Shown here in pieces: positions 1 to 7,100 of a stretch of DNA of 64,000 nt; within the stretch, counting starts at the first letter, position 1, and every line of letters begins with the position of its first letter. A program made the translations under genes and the position numbers. The stretch lies in NCBI GenBank assembly GCA_963775805.1, contig CAVZKG010000002.1, forward strand, positions 454,693-518,692, in the 5' to 3' direction. Source of the DNA: an uncultured Verrucomicrobiae bacterium. GTDB taxonomy: Bacteria > Verrucomicrobiota > Verrucomicrobiia > Chthoniobacterales > JAFAMB01. The notes under the pieces are model-generated. The model was not told where the DNA came from and searched no databases. It worked only from the letters and a program-made list of their open reading frames with translations.

Positions 1-221
1 GCCCCTACCGCGACACCGGCCAATAGTGCGCCGAGTAATTCCAAATTCCTGGCAACTCCGAAGACGATAAACCCGCCGATTACGGCGAAGAGCCCGATAC
101 GAATCTGAATCCGCCAAACGGCCACCGGCTGCCGTCCGATATTGCGCCTTACACGGCGATAGACAGACCAGATAAACAGTGCGCCGATCAAGATCGGAAA
201 AATTAGATGTTGTTGATTCAT
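1..221 (-). CDS. small integral membrane protein, C-terminal part cut off by the window edge
   Basis: An ATG at 221 (minus) opens a frame that runs off the window: MNQQHLIFPILIGALFIWSVYRRVRRNIGRQPVAVWRIQIRIGLFAVIGGFIVFGVARN... Hydrophobic helices alternate with Arg-rich loops. It is absent from the ORF track because no stop is visible. Confidence 0.4.
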   Translation of the reverse strand, partial: MNQQHLIFPILIGALFIWSVYRRVRRNIGRQPVAVWRIQIRIGLFAVIGGFIVFGVARNLELLGALLAGVAVG

Positions 222-440
222 CGCAGGTGAAGGTTCGAACGGAAAATTGTCTGGCGCTTAGACTTTAATGCACCAAATCCGTGAAGGGAATGGTTTGGCA
301 GGGTTCGCGCTTTCTTCAAGGAAGTGCTTTCGAGAGGAAGAACGCGATCACTACGTTGACTTGGTCTGCTCTCACATTTGCTTTGTGCGTTTTAACTTTT
401 CAATACCTCAGTTCGCCTAAGCGCGGTATAAGTGGGAACC

Positions 441-824
441 ATGCGCGAAGTCCGATTAGATTCTTGGATGCTCCGGAAGTTTCCGGATTCAAGTCCGACG
501 GAAATTGCGGAAGCGGCGGATCGACTGCAATCAGTCGACCTTGAAGAGTATCAGCGCGCGGTGTGGCTTTGGAAACGGCGACCATCGGAGATCAGTATTC
601 TGGTACATCTCCTGGCTTTCGGCGTGGGCGGGCTGCTTCACGTACCGCTTATTCTGGCGGATAATTTTGTGATCTTTGCGGTGTATCACACGGTTTATGT
701 CTGCGCGGCGGTGGTGTGCGTCGGAAGATTTTTGTGGTTGGAGTCGAGGTATCGAAGATGGCGACAGGATTATCTGAAGGCGGTGGTGCGGATGGAGGAA
801 CGGCAAGGGCGCGGTGAGGCGTAG
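441..824 (+). CDS. hypothetical membrane protein
   Basis: The track ORF is 432..824 with a GTG start. The first ATG is at 441 (MREVRLDSWMLRKF...). There are two hydrophobic helices (ILVHLLAFGVGGLLHVPLILA, FVIFAVYHTVYVCAAVVCVG). No family was recognised. Confidence 0.4.
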   Translation: MREVRLDSWMLRKFPDSSPTEIAEAADRLQSVDLEEYQRAVWLWKRRPSEISILVHLLAFGVGGLLHVPLILADNFVIFAVYHTVYVCAAVVCVGRFLWLESRYRRWRQDYLKAVVRMEERQGRGEA

Positions 825-841
825 CCCAACCTCGAGGAGGC

Positions 842-1500
842 GTGCCGGGGTGTCGGCGTATGGGCGTATGGGCGTGTCGGCGACACTTGGCTAGAATTGG
901 TATCGTCTTCGCAAAGTATCGTAGGCTTCCAGCCTGCGGCCTTTTCCCGGAGAGCAGTGATCGAGCTGAGGAGTTACCGGCGTGTCCCGTATCGGACCTG
1001 TCCCTCTCTTCCCAGAATGTCGAACGCAGAGCGTCAAACCGTGAACGCCGAACGCAAAGGAGCGTAGGCTTCCAGCCTGCGGTCTGTTCCTGGAAAGCAG
1101 TGCTCGAGCTGAGGGGGTTACTGGCGTGTCCCTCCTTCCGTCTTTAGAATTGGTATCGTCTTATGGGGACAGGACACTAGCGCGCAAACCCTAACGACCA
1201 TGAAATGAGAGATGCGAATCCGGTAATAATTGACCTGTCCCTCCTTCCATCTACAGACAGCGCAGACATCTTCCCAGAGCGTCGAACGCTTAGCGCCGAA
1301 CCGTGAACGTCGAACGCAAAGTATCGTAGGCTTCCAGCCTGCACCTTTTCCCGGAGAGCAGTACTCGAGCTGGGGAGTTACGGGCGTGTGCCGTATCCGA
1401 CCTGTCCCTCTCTTCTCTGAATTTTCTCGCGCTCCAAGAAACTGTCGCCTCGGCGCTTATCCCGAGCACGGATCGTCCATGAAATCCCTCAGATTTTAAT
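842..1500. repeat. cluster of REP-like mosaic repeats
   Basis: A ~100-nt unit starting gcaaagtatcgtaggcttccagcctgc and ending gacctgtccctctcttc occurs at ~911-1012 and ~1316-1417, about 90 percent identical by eye. A diverged copy lies at ~1053-1145. The leader cttcccaga..gtcgaacgc..ccgtgaacg.cgaac is repeated at 1008-1052 and 1270-1315. agaattggtatcgtctt occurs at 893-909 and 1147-1163. The core GACCTGTCCC occurs at 995-1004, 1232-1241 and 1399-1408. Confidence 0.75.
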
Positions 1501-1736
1501 ATGAGGATGATGATGTTTCTCCGGCTCCCGCAAAATAATCCAAGCCAAGAGCGCGCAAAGAAGGCTCCCTATGACAAGAAGCACGATACCTGGAATTTCC
1601 ATTACCGATAACCACGATTCCGAGCGGAACTCCTTCTGAGTATTGTTCGATTCTGGCGAGCCTTTTGGACAGAGGATATTTTGTAAATGGTGCGCAATTT
1701 GTCGCGGTTTGGAACACTTTGGTGCATTGCCCGAGA

Positions 1737-2099
1737 CTAAGCTATTTTCTCTGCGCGCCCTCGCTGTCGCCGTCGATCTCTCATAATCGTGAAAGCGGAG
1801 ACAACAAAGATTCCGACGCCGTACAAAAACGTCGAGGGCTCGGGCGTAACAGCGGACAGGATAATTCCGAATCCTACCGCTTGTCGTCCGTCTAGCGACG
1901 TAAAGTTTGCTATCACACGAGTCGGATCAACGGTGCCAAGAATGCAATCCTCGGCACTTCCGCCAACCGTTCCGGTAATAGTGAAAGCGTTCGATCCGAC
2001 CCCTGACAACGTGGGTATAGATCCAGTCCCGTTGTACACTGAATCTAATAAACTCCAGGAATTGCCGCCAGTTATCGTTCCCGTGACAGTTTCCGGCAT
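1737..2099 (-). CDS. PEP-CTERM sorting-domain protein, N-terminus uncertain or truncated
   Basis: The C-terminus VTPEPSTFLYGVGIFVVSAFTIMRDRRRQRG has the PEP motif, a TM helix and an Arg cluster. The track ORF extends to 2375, but that part is antisense to the VOC gene. The first internal ATG is at 2099. No signal peptide is visible for any start. Confidence 0.55.
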   Translation of the reverse strand: MPETVTGTITGGNSWSLLDSVYNGTGSIPTLSGVGSNAFTITGTVGGSAEDCILGTVDPTRVIANFTSLDGRQAVGFGIILSAVTPEPSTFLYGVGIFVVSAFTIMRDRRRQRGRAEKIA

Positions 2100-2174
2100 C
2101 AGCGTATTTTGAGCAGTGATTTGGTCGTTGGTTGATTCGACATCGGCCAAAACAACCAAACGAAAGGAAAGTCT

Positions 2175-2612
2175 ATGGCAAAAGTCAGTACCTACCTCAA
2201 CTTCAGTCGCAACACCGAAGCGGCGTTCCTCTTCTACAAGTCGGTCTTCCAAACCGAGTTTGTTGGCCCAATCATGCGCTTTGGTGATGGCCCAAGCTGC
2301 GCAGATCAACCGCCACTTTCGGAAGCAGACAAAAACCTGGTGCTGCACGTGGCGTTGCCCATTTTGGGCGGACATGTTCTTATGGGATCCGATGTGCCGG
2401 ACTTTCTAGCTACAAAGTTTGTGAGCGGAACGAATGTGCATATCAATCTGGAACCCGATACTCGCGCCGAAGCTGACCGCCTATTCAATGGCCTCTCCGA
2501 CGGCGGCTCGGTGGAGATGCCGTTGCAGGACATGTTCTGGGGTGCATATTTCGCCAGTTTTACCGACAAGTTCGGCATCCACTGGATGATCAACTGCGAA
2601 AGCAAAAAATAA
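2175..2612 (+). CDS. VOC/glyoxalase-fold protein, PhnB-like
   Basis: This is a 145-aa ORF with an RBS aaaggaaag upstream. The sequence MAKVSTYLNF...AEEAF.FY..VF...HVALPILGGHVLMGSD...MPLQDMFWGAYFASFTDKFGIHWMIN is typical of the PhnB/3-demethylubiquinone methyltransferase-like VOC family. Confidence 0.85.
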   Translation: MAKVSTYLNFSRNTEAAFLFYKSVFQTEFVGPIMRFGDGPSCADQPPLSEADKNLVLHVALPILGGHVLMGSDVPDFLATKFVSGTNVHINLEPDTRAEADRLFNGLSDGGSVEMPLQDMFWGAYFASFTDKFGIHWMINCESKK

Positions 2613-2680
2613 GCATTCGCTCTACCCGACGCTATGAAACAAATCCATGCTCACAAAGCTGAAAAGGGCGTCAAAGAAAT

Positions 2681-2911
2681 AAGTAAAAAAGGGACAGATC
2701 AGATAACTTGGGCGAGTCAAGGGAAGCGAGCAGGATTGGGGTGTAAACCTTCGGTCTGGATGCGGCCAAAGGTTTTTAGGGATGAACTAACCATGTCGTA
2801 AGTAAAAAAGGGACAGGTCAGATAACCTGGGCGAGTCAAGGGAAGCGAGCAGGATTGGGGTGTAAACCTTCGGTCCGGATGCGGCCAAAGGTTTTTAGGG
2901 ATGAACTAACC
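2681..2911 (+). repeat. tandem duplication of a 112-bp unit (2681-2792 and 2800-2911, 7-bp spacer)
   Basis: The two copies differ at 3 positions. Each starts aagtaaaaaagggacag(a/g)tcagataac and contains an internal hairpin aaacctt...aaggttt. GGGACAG(A/G)TC is the reverse complement of the GACCTGTCCC core seen elsewhere. Confidence 0.9.
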
Positions 2912-2980
2912 AGGAAGGCGATAGCTTTCTGGCAGAAATTGAGAAGCCCTACGTACAGATGAGCGGTAGACAACGAACCC

Positions 2981-3007
2981 GCATTTCTCCGATCGAGTGA
3001 GAAATGC
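2981..3007 (+). repeat. REP-like hairpin (gcatttctc / gagaaatgc family)
   Basis: A 9-bp perfect stem gcatttctc (2981-2989) / gagaaatgc (2999-3007) encloses a 9-nt loop. Related hairpins occur at 16804-16852 and 21806-21856. Confidence 0.6.
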
Positions 3008-3107
3008 GCACCGAGCTCCGACAATCGTCCGAGTGAAATGTTTCTGGAGAATGCAAGAGTGTGAGCACCCGGCGAAAATGACAATTGGGTTTCTGGATGG
3101 GATGACC

Positions 3108-4115
3108 TCAGCCGCTTGGTTGGACTCGCGGTTCCCGTAAGACCCAAAGCCGCTCAGAACGGTCCAGCACCGTCAACGGCGTGCCGGTGTGCTCGCGTTT
3201 GTAACCAAGCTTTGTCTTTAGTTTAGAGAAATGCGATTCCACAAAGGCCTGACTTCCCAGGATCACTCCATCGGTGAAGTAGCGGATCCGGCAACGCAAA
3301 ACTTCGGGCAGGGAGAGTTCGCCATTTTGTTCATCCACCACAGTTTGAGCGGTGCGCAGATCGAAGGCCCGGTGATTGGCTTTGGTATTCAAACTCCCGT
3401 GTACGAAGAGGTATTTGCGATACTCGCGGCTGACTTCTTTCCAGGAAGCTGTCTCTGGCTGACCCAGTATTGTTCTAATCCCCTGGCGTGCCAACTCACA
3501 ACCCTTGCCGAGCGCCTCGCCATAACCGCAATAGCGATAATCTTTAGGATCGGCACACAGGCCTGCCCGAACCGGGTTGAGGTCGATGTAAGCAGCAACG
3601 GCGGCCAATGCCTCACCCCCTTCAAGCAGAACACTCTTAAAACGCTCTGCCCAAAGCACCCCGTAGCGACCATGACGTCGGTTGTAGCCTTGGGCGAAGC
3701 GACCTTTAAGTTCCTTGACGAAAATCGAGATATCGTACATGCGCCTGCGGTAGGGCCCCAAGAGTCGTTGGATCGGACCGGCGCCATCCGGTTGCTGACG
3801 CAAGCGCTCTAGCTCCTGTTCGAGAGCTTGGCGACGCGCCGGGCCGTAGCCGGCCTCGATACGTTCAAGTAGCTCGAGCTCGGAAAGCGCTTTGGCCTCG
3901 GGCACTTCGCACAGAATGTGGAAGTGATTAGACATCAGGGCATAGGTCAAAACCCGTACACCGCTAAAGGCCTCCAGCCGTCGCATGAGTCGCACAAATC
4001 GTTCGGCCTCAGCGGAGCCGTGAGCGGAAGCATGGAAAATGAATAGACGGTCGACCACCCTGGAAACGCAGTGGTAGAAACTCTGACCCTCAGCCTTGAC
4101 GCGCGGAAATCTCAT
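3108..4115 (-). CDS. Y1 (HUH) tyrosine transposase, IS200/IS605 TnpA-like, REP-associated (RAYT) type
   Basis: The track ORF is 3108..4163. The likely start is the ATG at 4115 (MRFPRVKAEGQSFYHCVSRVVDR...). It has the HUH motif in LMSNHFHILCEV and the distal block RHGRYGVLWAERFKSVLL...YIDLNPVRAGL. There is no tnpB and no IS termini, and it is flanked by REP-like repeats. Confidence 0.7.
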   Translation of the reverse strand: MRFPRVKAEGQSFYHCVSRVVDRLFIFHASAHGSAEAERFVRLMRRLEAFSGVRVLTYALMSNHFHILCEVPEAKALSELELLERIEAGYGPARRQALEQELERLRQQPDGAGPIQRLLGPYRRRMYDISIFVKELKGRFAQGYNRRHGRYGVLWAERFKSVLLEGGEALAAVAAYIDLNPVRAGLCADPKDYRYCGYGEALGKGCELARQGIRTILGQPETASWKEVSREYRKYLFVHGSLNTKANHRAFDLRTAQTVVDEQNGELSLPEVLRCRIRYFTDGVILGSQAFVESHFSKLKTKLGYKREHTGTPLTVLDRSERLWVLREPRVQPSG

Positions 4116-4189
4116 CGGTGTGCGGCGCAACATACACAACATAATAAGAAAGTGTAGTGACATTTGCTCGGATACACCAATATTTGACC

Positions 4190-4225
4190 TGTCCCTCCTT
4201 CCGTCTTTGTCCCTCCTTCCGTCTT
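4190..4225 (+). repeat. perfect 18-bp tandem duplication tgtccctccttccgtctt x2
   Basis: 4190-4207 is identical to 4208-4225. The first copy is preceded by gacc, giving the core GACCTGTCCC at 4186-4195. This is inverted relative to 2691-2700 and 2810-2819 on the other side of the transposase gene. Confidence 0.9.
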
Positions 4226-4346
4226 GTCTTTACACATATCGCGGGCTGCAGTCACGTTCGTACGCCTCTGATGCGCCAAAGCAAAAAGCAGGGTCCTCTC
4301 GAAGCCGGGCGCAACGTTCCTGGTTCCGGGGGGTTAAATCGGCGCA

Positions 4347-4670
4347 ATGAAACTCCTATCTATCCTCCCTCTTGCCCTCCTGGCGGTAACGATCTCGATG
4401 TACTCTGCAAAGGCCGATCAGGTTTACCACGGGGCGCGCGGCACCGCGGTACGCGGGCCGAACGGCGCGGCCGTCCATACTCACCATGGCACAGCAGTGC
4501 GCACCGGAAACGGTACCTACACCCACGTCCACGGCAGTGGAACCGTCACCCACACCAACTACAATTGGAATAACTCCTACTGGCGCTCGAACAAGTACGG
4601 CTATTGGAACGGAAACCGCGGTTACTGGCGCGTAGTCAACGGTAATCACGTCTTCGTTGTCGTGAATTGA
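4347..4670 (+). CDS. small secreted His/Gly/Thr/Asn-rich protein
   Basis: It has a signal peptide MKLLSILPLALLAVTISMYSAKA. The mature part has reiterated G(T/A)AV(R/H)T and H-x-H motifs (HGARGTAVRGPNGAAVHTHHGTAVRTGNGTYTHVHGSGTVTHT), followed by an aromatic/Asn-rich tail. Confidence 0.6.
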   Translation: MKLLSILPLALLAVTISMYSAKADQVYHGARGTAVRGPNGAAVHTHHGTAVRTGNGTYTHVHGSGTVTHTNYNWNNSYWRSNKYGYWNGNRGYWRVVNGNHVFVVVN

Positions 4671-4864
4671 GTCCCATTTAGGCGCAAGTGATTGGCCCAA
4701 GTTGTTTCCGTACCCCAACAACTGGGCCGGCGTCTATGGATTCCCCGGGGAACCGGATAAACTGAACCGGCCTTGGCCGATGTCCGGCCGTTCGGTTTGG
4801 TCAGAATCTTTTCCAAAGCACTTTCCCAAATGTAATTGGCTTAAGTGCTTGGTTATAAGGCCTT

Positions 4865-4909
4865 TGTCCCCGCCGGGAATCGAACCCGGATTTAAGGTTT
4901 AGGAAACCT
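4865..4909 (-). repeat. 45-bp perfect copy of the 3' half of tRNA-Arg(CCT), a candidate distal att site
   Basis: tgtccccgccgggaatcgaacccggatttaaggtttaggaaacct at 4865-4909 is identical to 7999-8043 in the same orientation. It is not a complete tRNA, because the 5' half is missing. Confidence 0.9.
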
Positions 4910-4980
4910 ATAATATCTCCTGGGGGAGGTGGGTATTTTTCTTGAAATGTGTGCTTTAGAGACATGGCCCGATCCGAAAA

Positions 4981-5189
4981 GTGGGTGATCTACGCCCTGC
5001 TTCCGACCACGGGCTTGAGCCAGGCGACGTTGGGGTCGTCGTCCACGTACACCTCACAATGAGGCTTACGAAGTCGAGTTTGTAAAGCTGGCGGGACAGA
5101 CAGCCGCGATTGTTACTGCGTCAGCCGGCTAAATTCGGCCGATTGGCAAAGATGAGATTCCGCATACGCGGGAACTGGCGCACCGTTAG
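4981..5189 (+). pseudogene. DUF4926-like gene disrupted by frameshifts
   Basis: Three frames read in succession give GDLRPASDHGLEPGDVGVVVHV / HNEAYEVEFVKLAGQTAAIVTASAG / IRPIGKDEIPHTRELAHR. As I recall the family, the GDVG.VVHV...AYEVEF pattern is its hallmark. No single frame stays open. Confidence 0.35.
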
Positions 5190-5269
5190 CTAGCGCAAAT
5201 CCTGGCCGAACAGAGCATTGGAGATCGGTCAGCAGCCACGTATAGAAACAATCTGAGAGGACGAGCGAG

Positions 5270-5608
5270 ATGCCATCCGAGAAACCTGGAAAAATCACTT
5301 TCAAGGGTAAGATCGATCCACGATTGATCCCCACCGACGCCGCACCTGGTTATGAGATTGTCGATGCCAAGGTGACAGAGACGGGTGTCGACGTTTGGCT
5401 TTCAGATGGCAGAGTCATTATCACTCCGCTCTCGTGGTATCCAACTTTGGAAGCTGCAAGTCCAAAACAGCGTAAGGCGTTCGAGAATTGGGGAGTTGGA
5501 CTAGCGTGGGAAAACTTGGACTTCCACTTAAGTGTTGAAAGAATGCTTGCTGGGACGAGGAGCTGTTTCTCTAGATTTCAGGTGACCGCTCCAGATTATG
5601 GCCAGTAG
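5270..5608 (+). CDS. DUF2442 domain protein
   Basis: This is a 112-aa ORF. The segment VWLSDGRVIITPLSWYPTLEAASPKQRKAFENWGVGLAWENLDFHLSVERMLAG matches the DUF2442 pattern (PLSWYPRL...A.P..R..W....G..I.W..LDEDISVEGLL). Confidence 0.7.
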   Translation: MPSEKPGKITFKGKIDPRLIPTDAAPGYEIVDAKVTETGVDVWLSDGRVIITPLSWYPTLEAASPKQRKAFENWGVGLAWENLDFHLSVERMLAGTRSCFSRFQVTAPDYGQ

Positions 5609-5614
5609 GCGAGA

Positions 5615-5638
5615 TTGCAAAAACGGTGGTTTTTGCAA
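5615..5638 (+). terminator. 10-bp perfect hairpin after the DUF2442 gene; terminator function is uncertain
   Basis: ttgcaaaaac (5615-5624), loop ggtg, gtttttgcaa (5629-5638). The stem is AT-rich and no separate U-tract follows. Confidence 0.3.
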
Positions 5639-5743
5639 CTGCCAGAACGCAGTCATTCCACTACGCTCTGCGGCTCGTTGTAGAAAAAAGATGCTCTGGT
5701 GGACATCAAACGAGTAAGTTGTCGAAACTGTACGCACCGAAGA

Positions 5744-6127
5744 ATGAGAATTGGCGAACTCGCGAAATCCGTCGATGTGAACGTCGAAACAATTCGATAT
5801 TACCAGCGTATCGGACTACTGGGACTTCCGCAAAAACCCTACGGAGGGACCCGGTCCTATAGCGGCGACGATCTGAGGAGGCTGCGCTTCATCCGTCGCG
5901 CTCAGCGGATTGGATTTTCGCTGGAAGATATTCGAGCGCTTTTGGAGCTTTCGAGTTCCGATTGCAAACAGGTTGGAAAACTTGCTGCCGAAAAGCTAAC
6001 CCTGGTTCACACGAAGCTAATACAATTGCGCAGGATCGAATCGATCCTCACGAAGACCGTTGAACAATGCGCCAGCCGCAAAGGGCACCAACCTTGTCCG
6101 ATCATCGAGACGCTCAGTCAATCCTGA
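5744..6127 (+). CDS. merR: Hg(II)-responsive MerR family transcriptional regulator
   Basis: The start is the ATG at 5744 (the track ORF starts at 5699). It has an N-terminal HTH MRIGELAKSVDVNVETIRYYQRIGLL. The metal-binding Cys pattern SSDC...CASRKGHQPCP corresponds to the three conserved MerR cysteines. Confidence 0.85.
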   Translation: MRIGELAKSVDVNVETIRYYQRIGLLGLPQKPYGGTRSYSGDDLRRLRFIRRAQRIGFSLEDIRALLELSSSDCKQVGKLAAEKLTLVHTKLIQLRRIESILTKTVEQCASRKGHQPCPIIETLSQS

Positions 6128-6135
6128 AGTAGCTA

Positions 6136-6167
6136 TTGACACCGTACCCTAGTACGGCGCTTAAGGT
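6136..6167 (+). promoter_or_regulatory. MerR operator/promoter (merOP-like)
   Basis: The sequence reads TTGACA (6136-6141), CCGTAC-ccta-GTACGG dyad (6142-6157), cgct, TAAGGT (6162-6167), giving a 20-bp spacer between the hexamers. Compare Tn501 TTGACTCCGTACATGAGTACGGAAGTAAGGT, quoted from memory. It lies 14 nt upstream of the merT ATG. Confidence 0.8.
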
Positions 6168-6180
6168 GAGGCTCAGAGAT

Positions 6181-6549
6181 ATGTCTGAGCTGAATAAACC
6201 TAATGCTACCCAAAGCGCAAAAGGCTTCTTGGTGGCGGGGATTCTTGCGGCTGTTGGAGCGTCGATCTGCTGCGTCGGGCCCCTCGTGTTGCTGGCGCTT
6301 GGCGTTAGTGGTGCCTGGATCGGCTCACTGACAGCGCTCGAACCGTACCGTCCGCTTTTTATTGGACTGACGCTTCTCTTCCTCGGGTTCGCGTTTCACC
6401 GCCTCTATTTCGCACGTCGACCTTGCGCTCCAGGGTCGGCCTGCGCGAATCCGCGCACCCTAAAACACCAGCGCTTGGCATTCTGGATCGTTACGATCCT
6501 GGTGCTCGGCCTAATTTCCGTACCGTGGCTGGCGCCACTATTTTATTGA
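6181..6549 (+). CDS. merT: mercuric ion transporter MerT
   Basis: The start is the ATG at 6181 (MSELNKPN...). It has three TM helices, a vicinal Cys pair in TM1 (GASICCVGPLVLLALG) and a second cytoplasmic Cys pair (RPCAPGSAC). Confidence 0.85.
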   Translation: MSELNKPNATQSAKGFLVAGILAAVGASICCVGPLVLLALGVSGAWIGSLTALEPYRPLFIGLTLLFLGFAFHRLYFARRPCAPGSACANPRTLKHQRLAFWIVTILVLGLISVPWLAPLFY

Positions 6550-6551
6550 TT

Positions 6552-6842
6552 ATGAAATCGCATAAGAACCGTCTTGCCCTACTCACTGCCCTCGTGGCGT
6601 TTCCCTTTAGTCTGTTTGCTGGGACCTTACAAACCGTCACTCTCGAGGTGAGGAATATGACCTGCGCGGTCTGTCCGATCACGGTCAAGAAGGCATTGGG
6701 AAAAGTGCCTGGGGTAACGGACGCGAAAGTGGATTTTGATAAGAAAACTGCCAGCGTTTCGTTTGACCCTGATAAAGCGGATGTCGCTCAACTAACCAAA
6801 GCGACTGCAGACGCGGGCTATCTTTCCTCTGTCCGTAATTGA
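6552..6842 (+). CDS. merP: periplasmic mercuric ion binding protein MerP
   Basis: The ATG at 6552 lies 2 nt after the merT stop. It has a signal peptide, then an HMA fold with the NMTCAVCP (GMTCxxC-type) motif. Confidence 0.85.
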   Translation: MKSHKNRLALLTALVAFPFSLFAGTLQTVTLEVRNMTCAVCPITVKKALGKVPGVTDAKVDFDKKTASVSFDPDKADVAQLTKATADAGYLSSVRN

Positions 6843-6850
6843 ATGCGGCT

Positions 6851-7069
6851 ATGAACGAGGCTCTCCAAGAATCCGTGCTGGTCTGCCCCGTTTGCGGCTT
6901 CGCTAAGCGAGAAACGATGCCAACCAATGCCTGCCAATTCTTCTACGAGTGCTCTAACTGCAAAACGCTGCTACGCCCTAAGCCCGGCGATTGCTGCGTC
7001 TTTTGTTCTTACGGTTCGGTGAAATGTCCGCCAATGCAGGGCGAAAATCACATCTGCGCTGCTGGCTAG
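6851..7069 (+). CDS. GDCCVxC domain-containing protein (Cys form)
   Basis: It has an N-terminal CPVC, a central CSNC and the C-terminal motif PGDCCVFCSYGSVKCPP. This small Cys-rich family is, as I recall, frequently linked to mer operons. The start is the ATG at 6851 (the track starts at TTG 6839). Confidence 0.65.
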   Translation: MNEALQESVLVCPVCGFAKRETMPTNACQFFYECSNCKTLLRPKPGDCCVFCSYGSVKCPPMQGENHICAAG

Positions 7070-7100
7070 CTGAACCAATCCACTCCCACAGAGCCCAGTT

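Noticed and set aside
842-1499. ORFs 842..1147 (101 aa) and 1230..1499 (89 aa) on the + strand
   Set aside because: They read straight through the REP-like mosaic repeats, so the peptide segments are repeated because the DNA is. They have no RBS, no family resemblance, and a Cys/Arg-rich composition typical of translated GC-rich repeats.
1489-1602. 37-aa hydrophobic mini-ORF on the minus strand (MEIPGIVLLVIGSLLCALLAWIILREPEKHHHPHIKI)
   Set aside because: It looks like a small membrane peptide, but it is too short to support from sequence alone and has no recognisable SD. It was noted only.
2681-2911. Possibility that the tandem repeats (here and at 15465-15540) are CRISPR arrays
   Set aside because: There are only two 112-bp units with a 7-bp spacer, or spacerless 7-nt units. 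There is no repeat-spacer periodicity and there are no cas genes in the window.
2836-3147. 103-aa minus-strand ORF
   Set aside because: It lies across the second 112-bp tandem repeat unit and the REP hairpin, and overlaps the 3' end of the transposase gene. It is a repeat read-through.
4702-4902. 66-aa + strand ORF
   Set aside because: Its 3' end is the translated tRNA-Arg fragment (PPGIEPGFKV). It has no coding signal.
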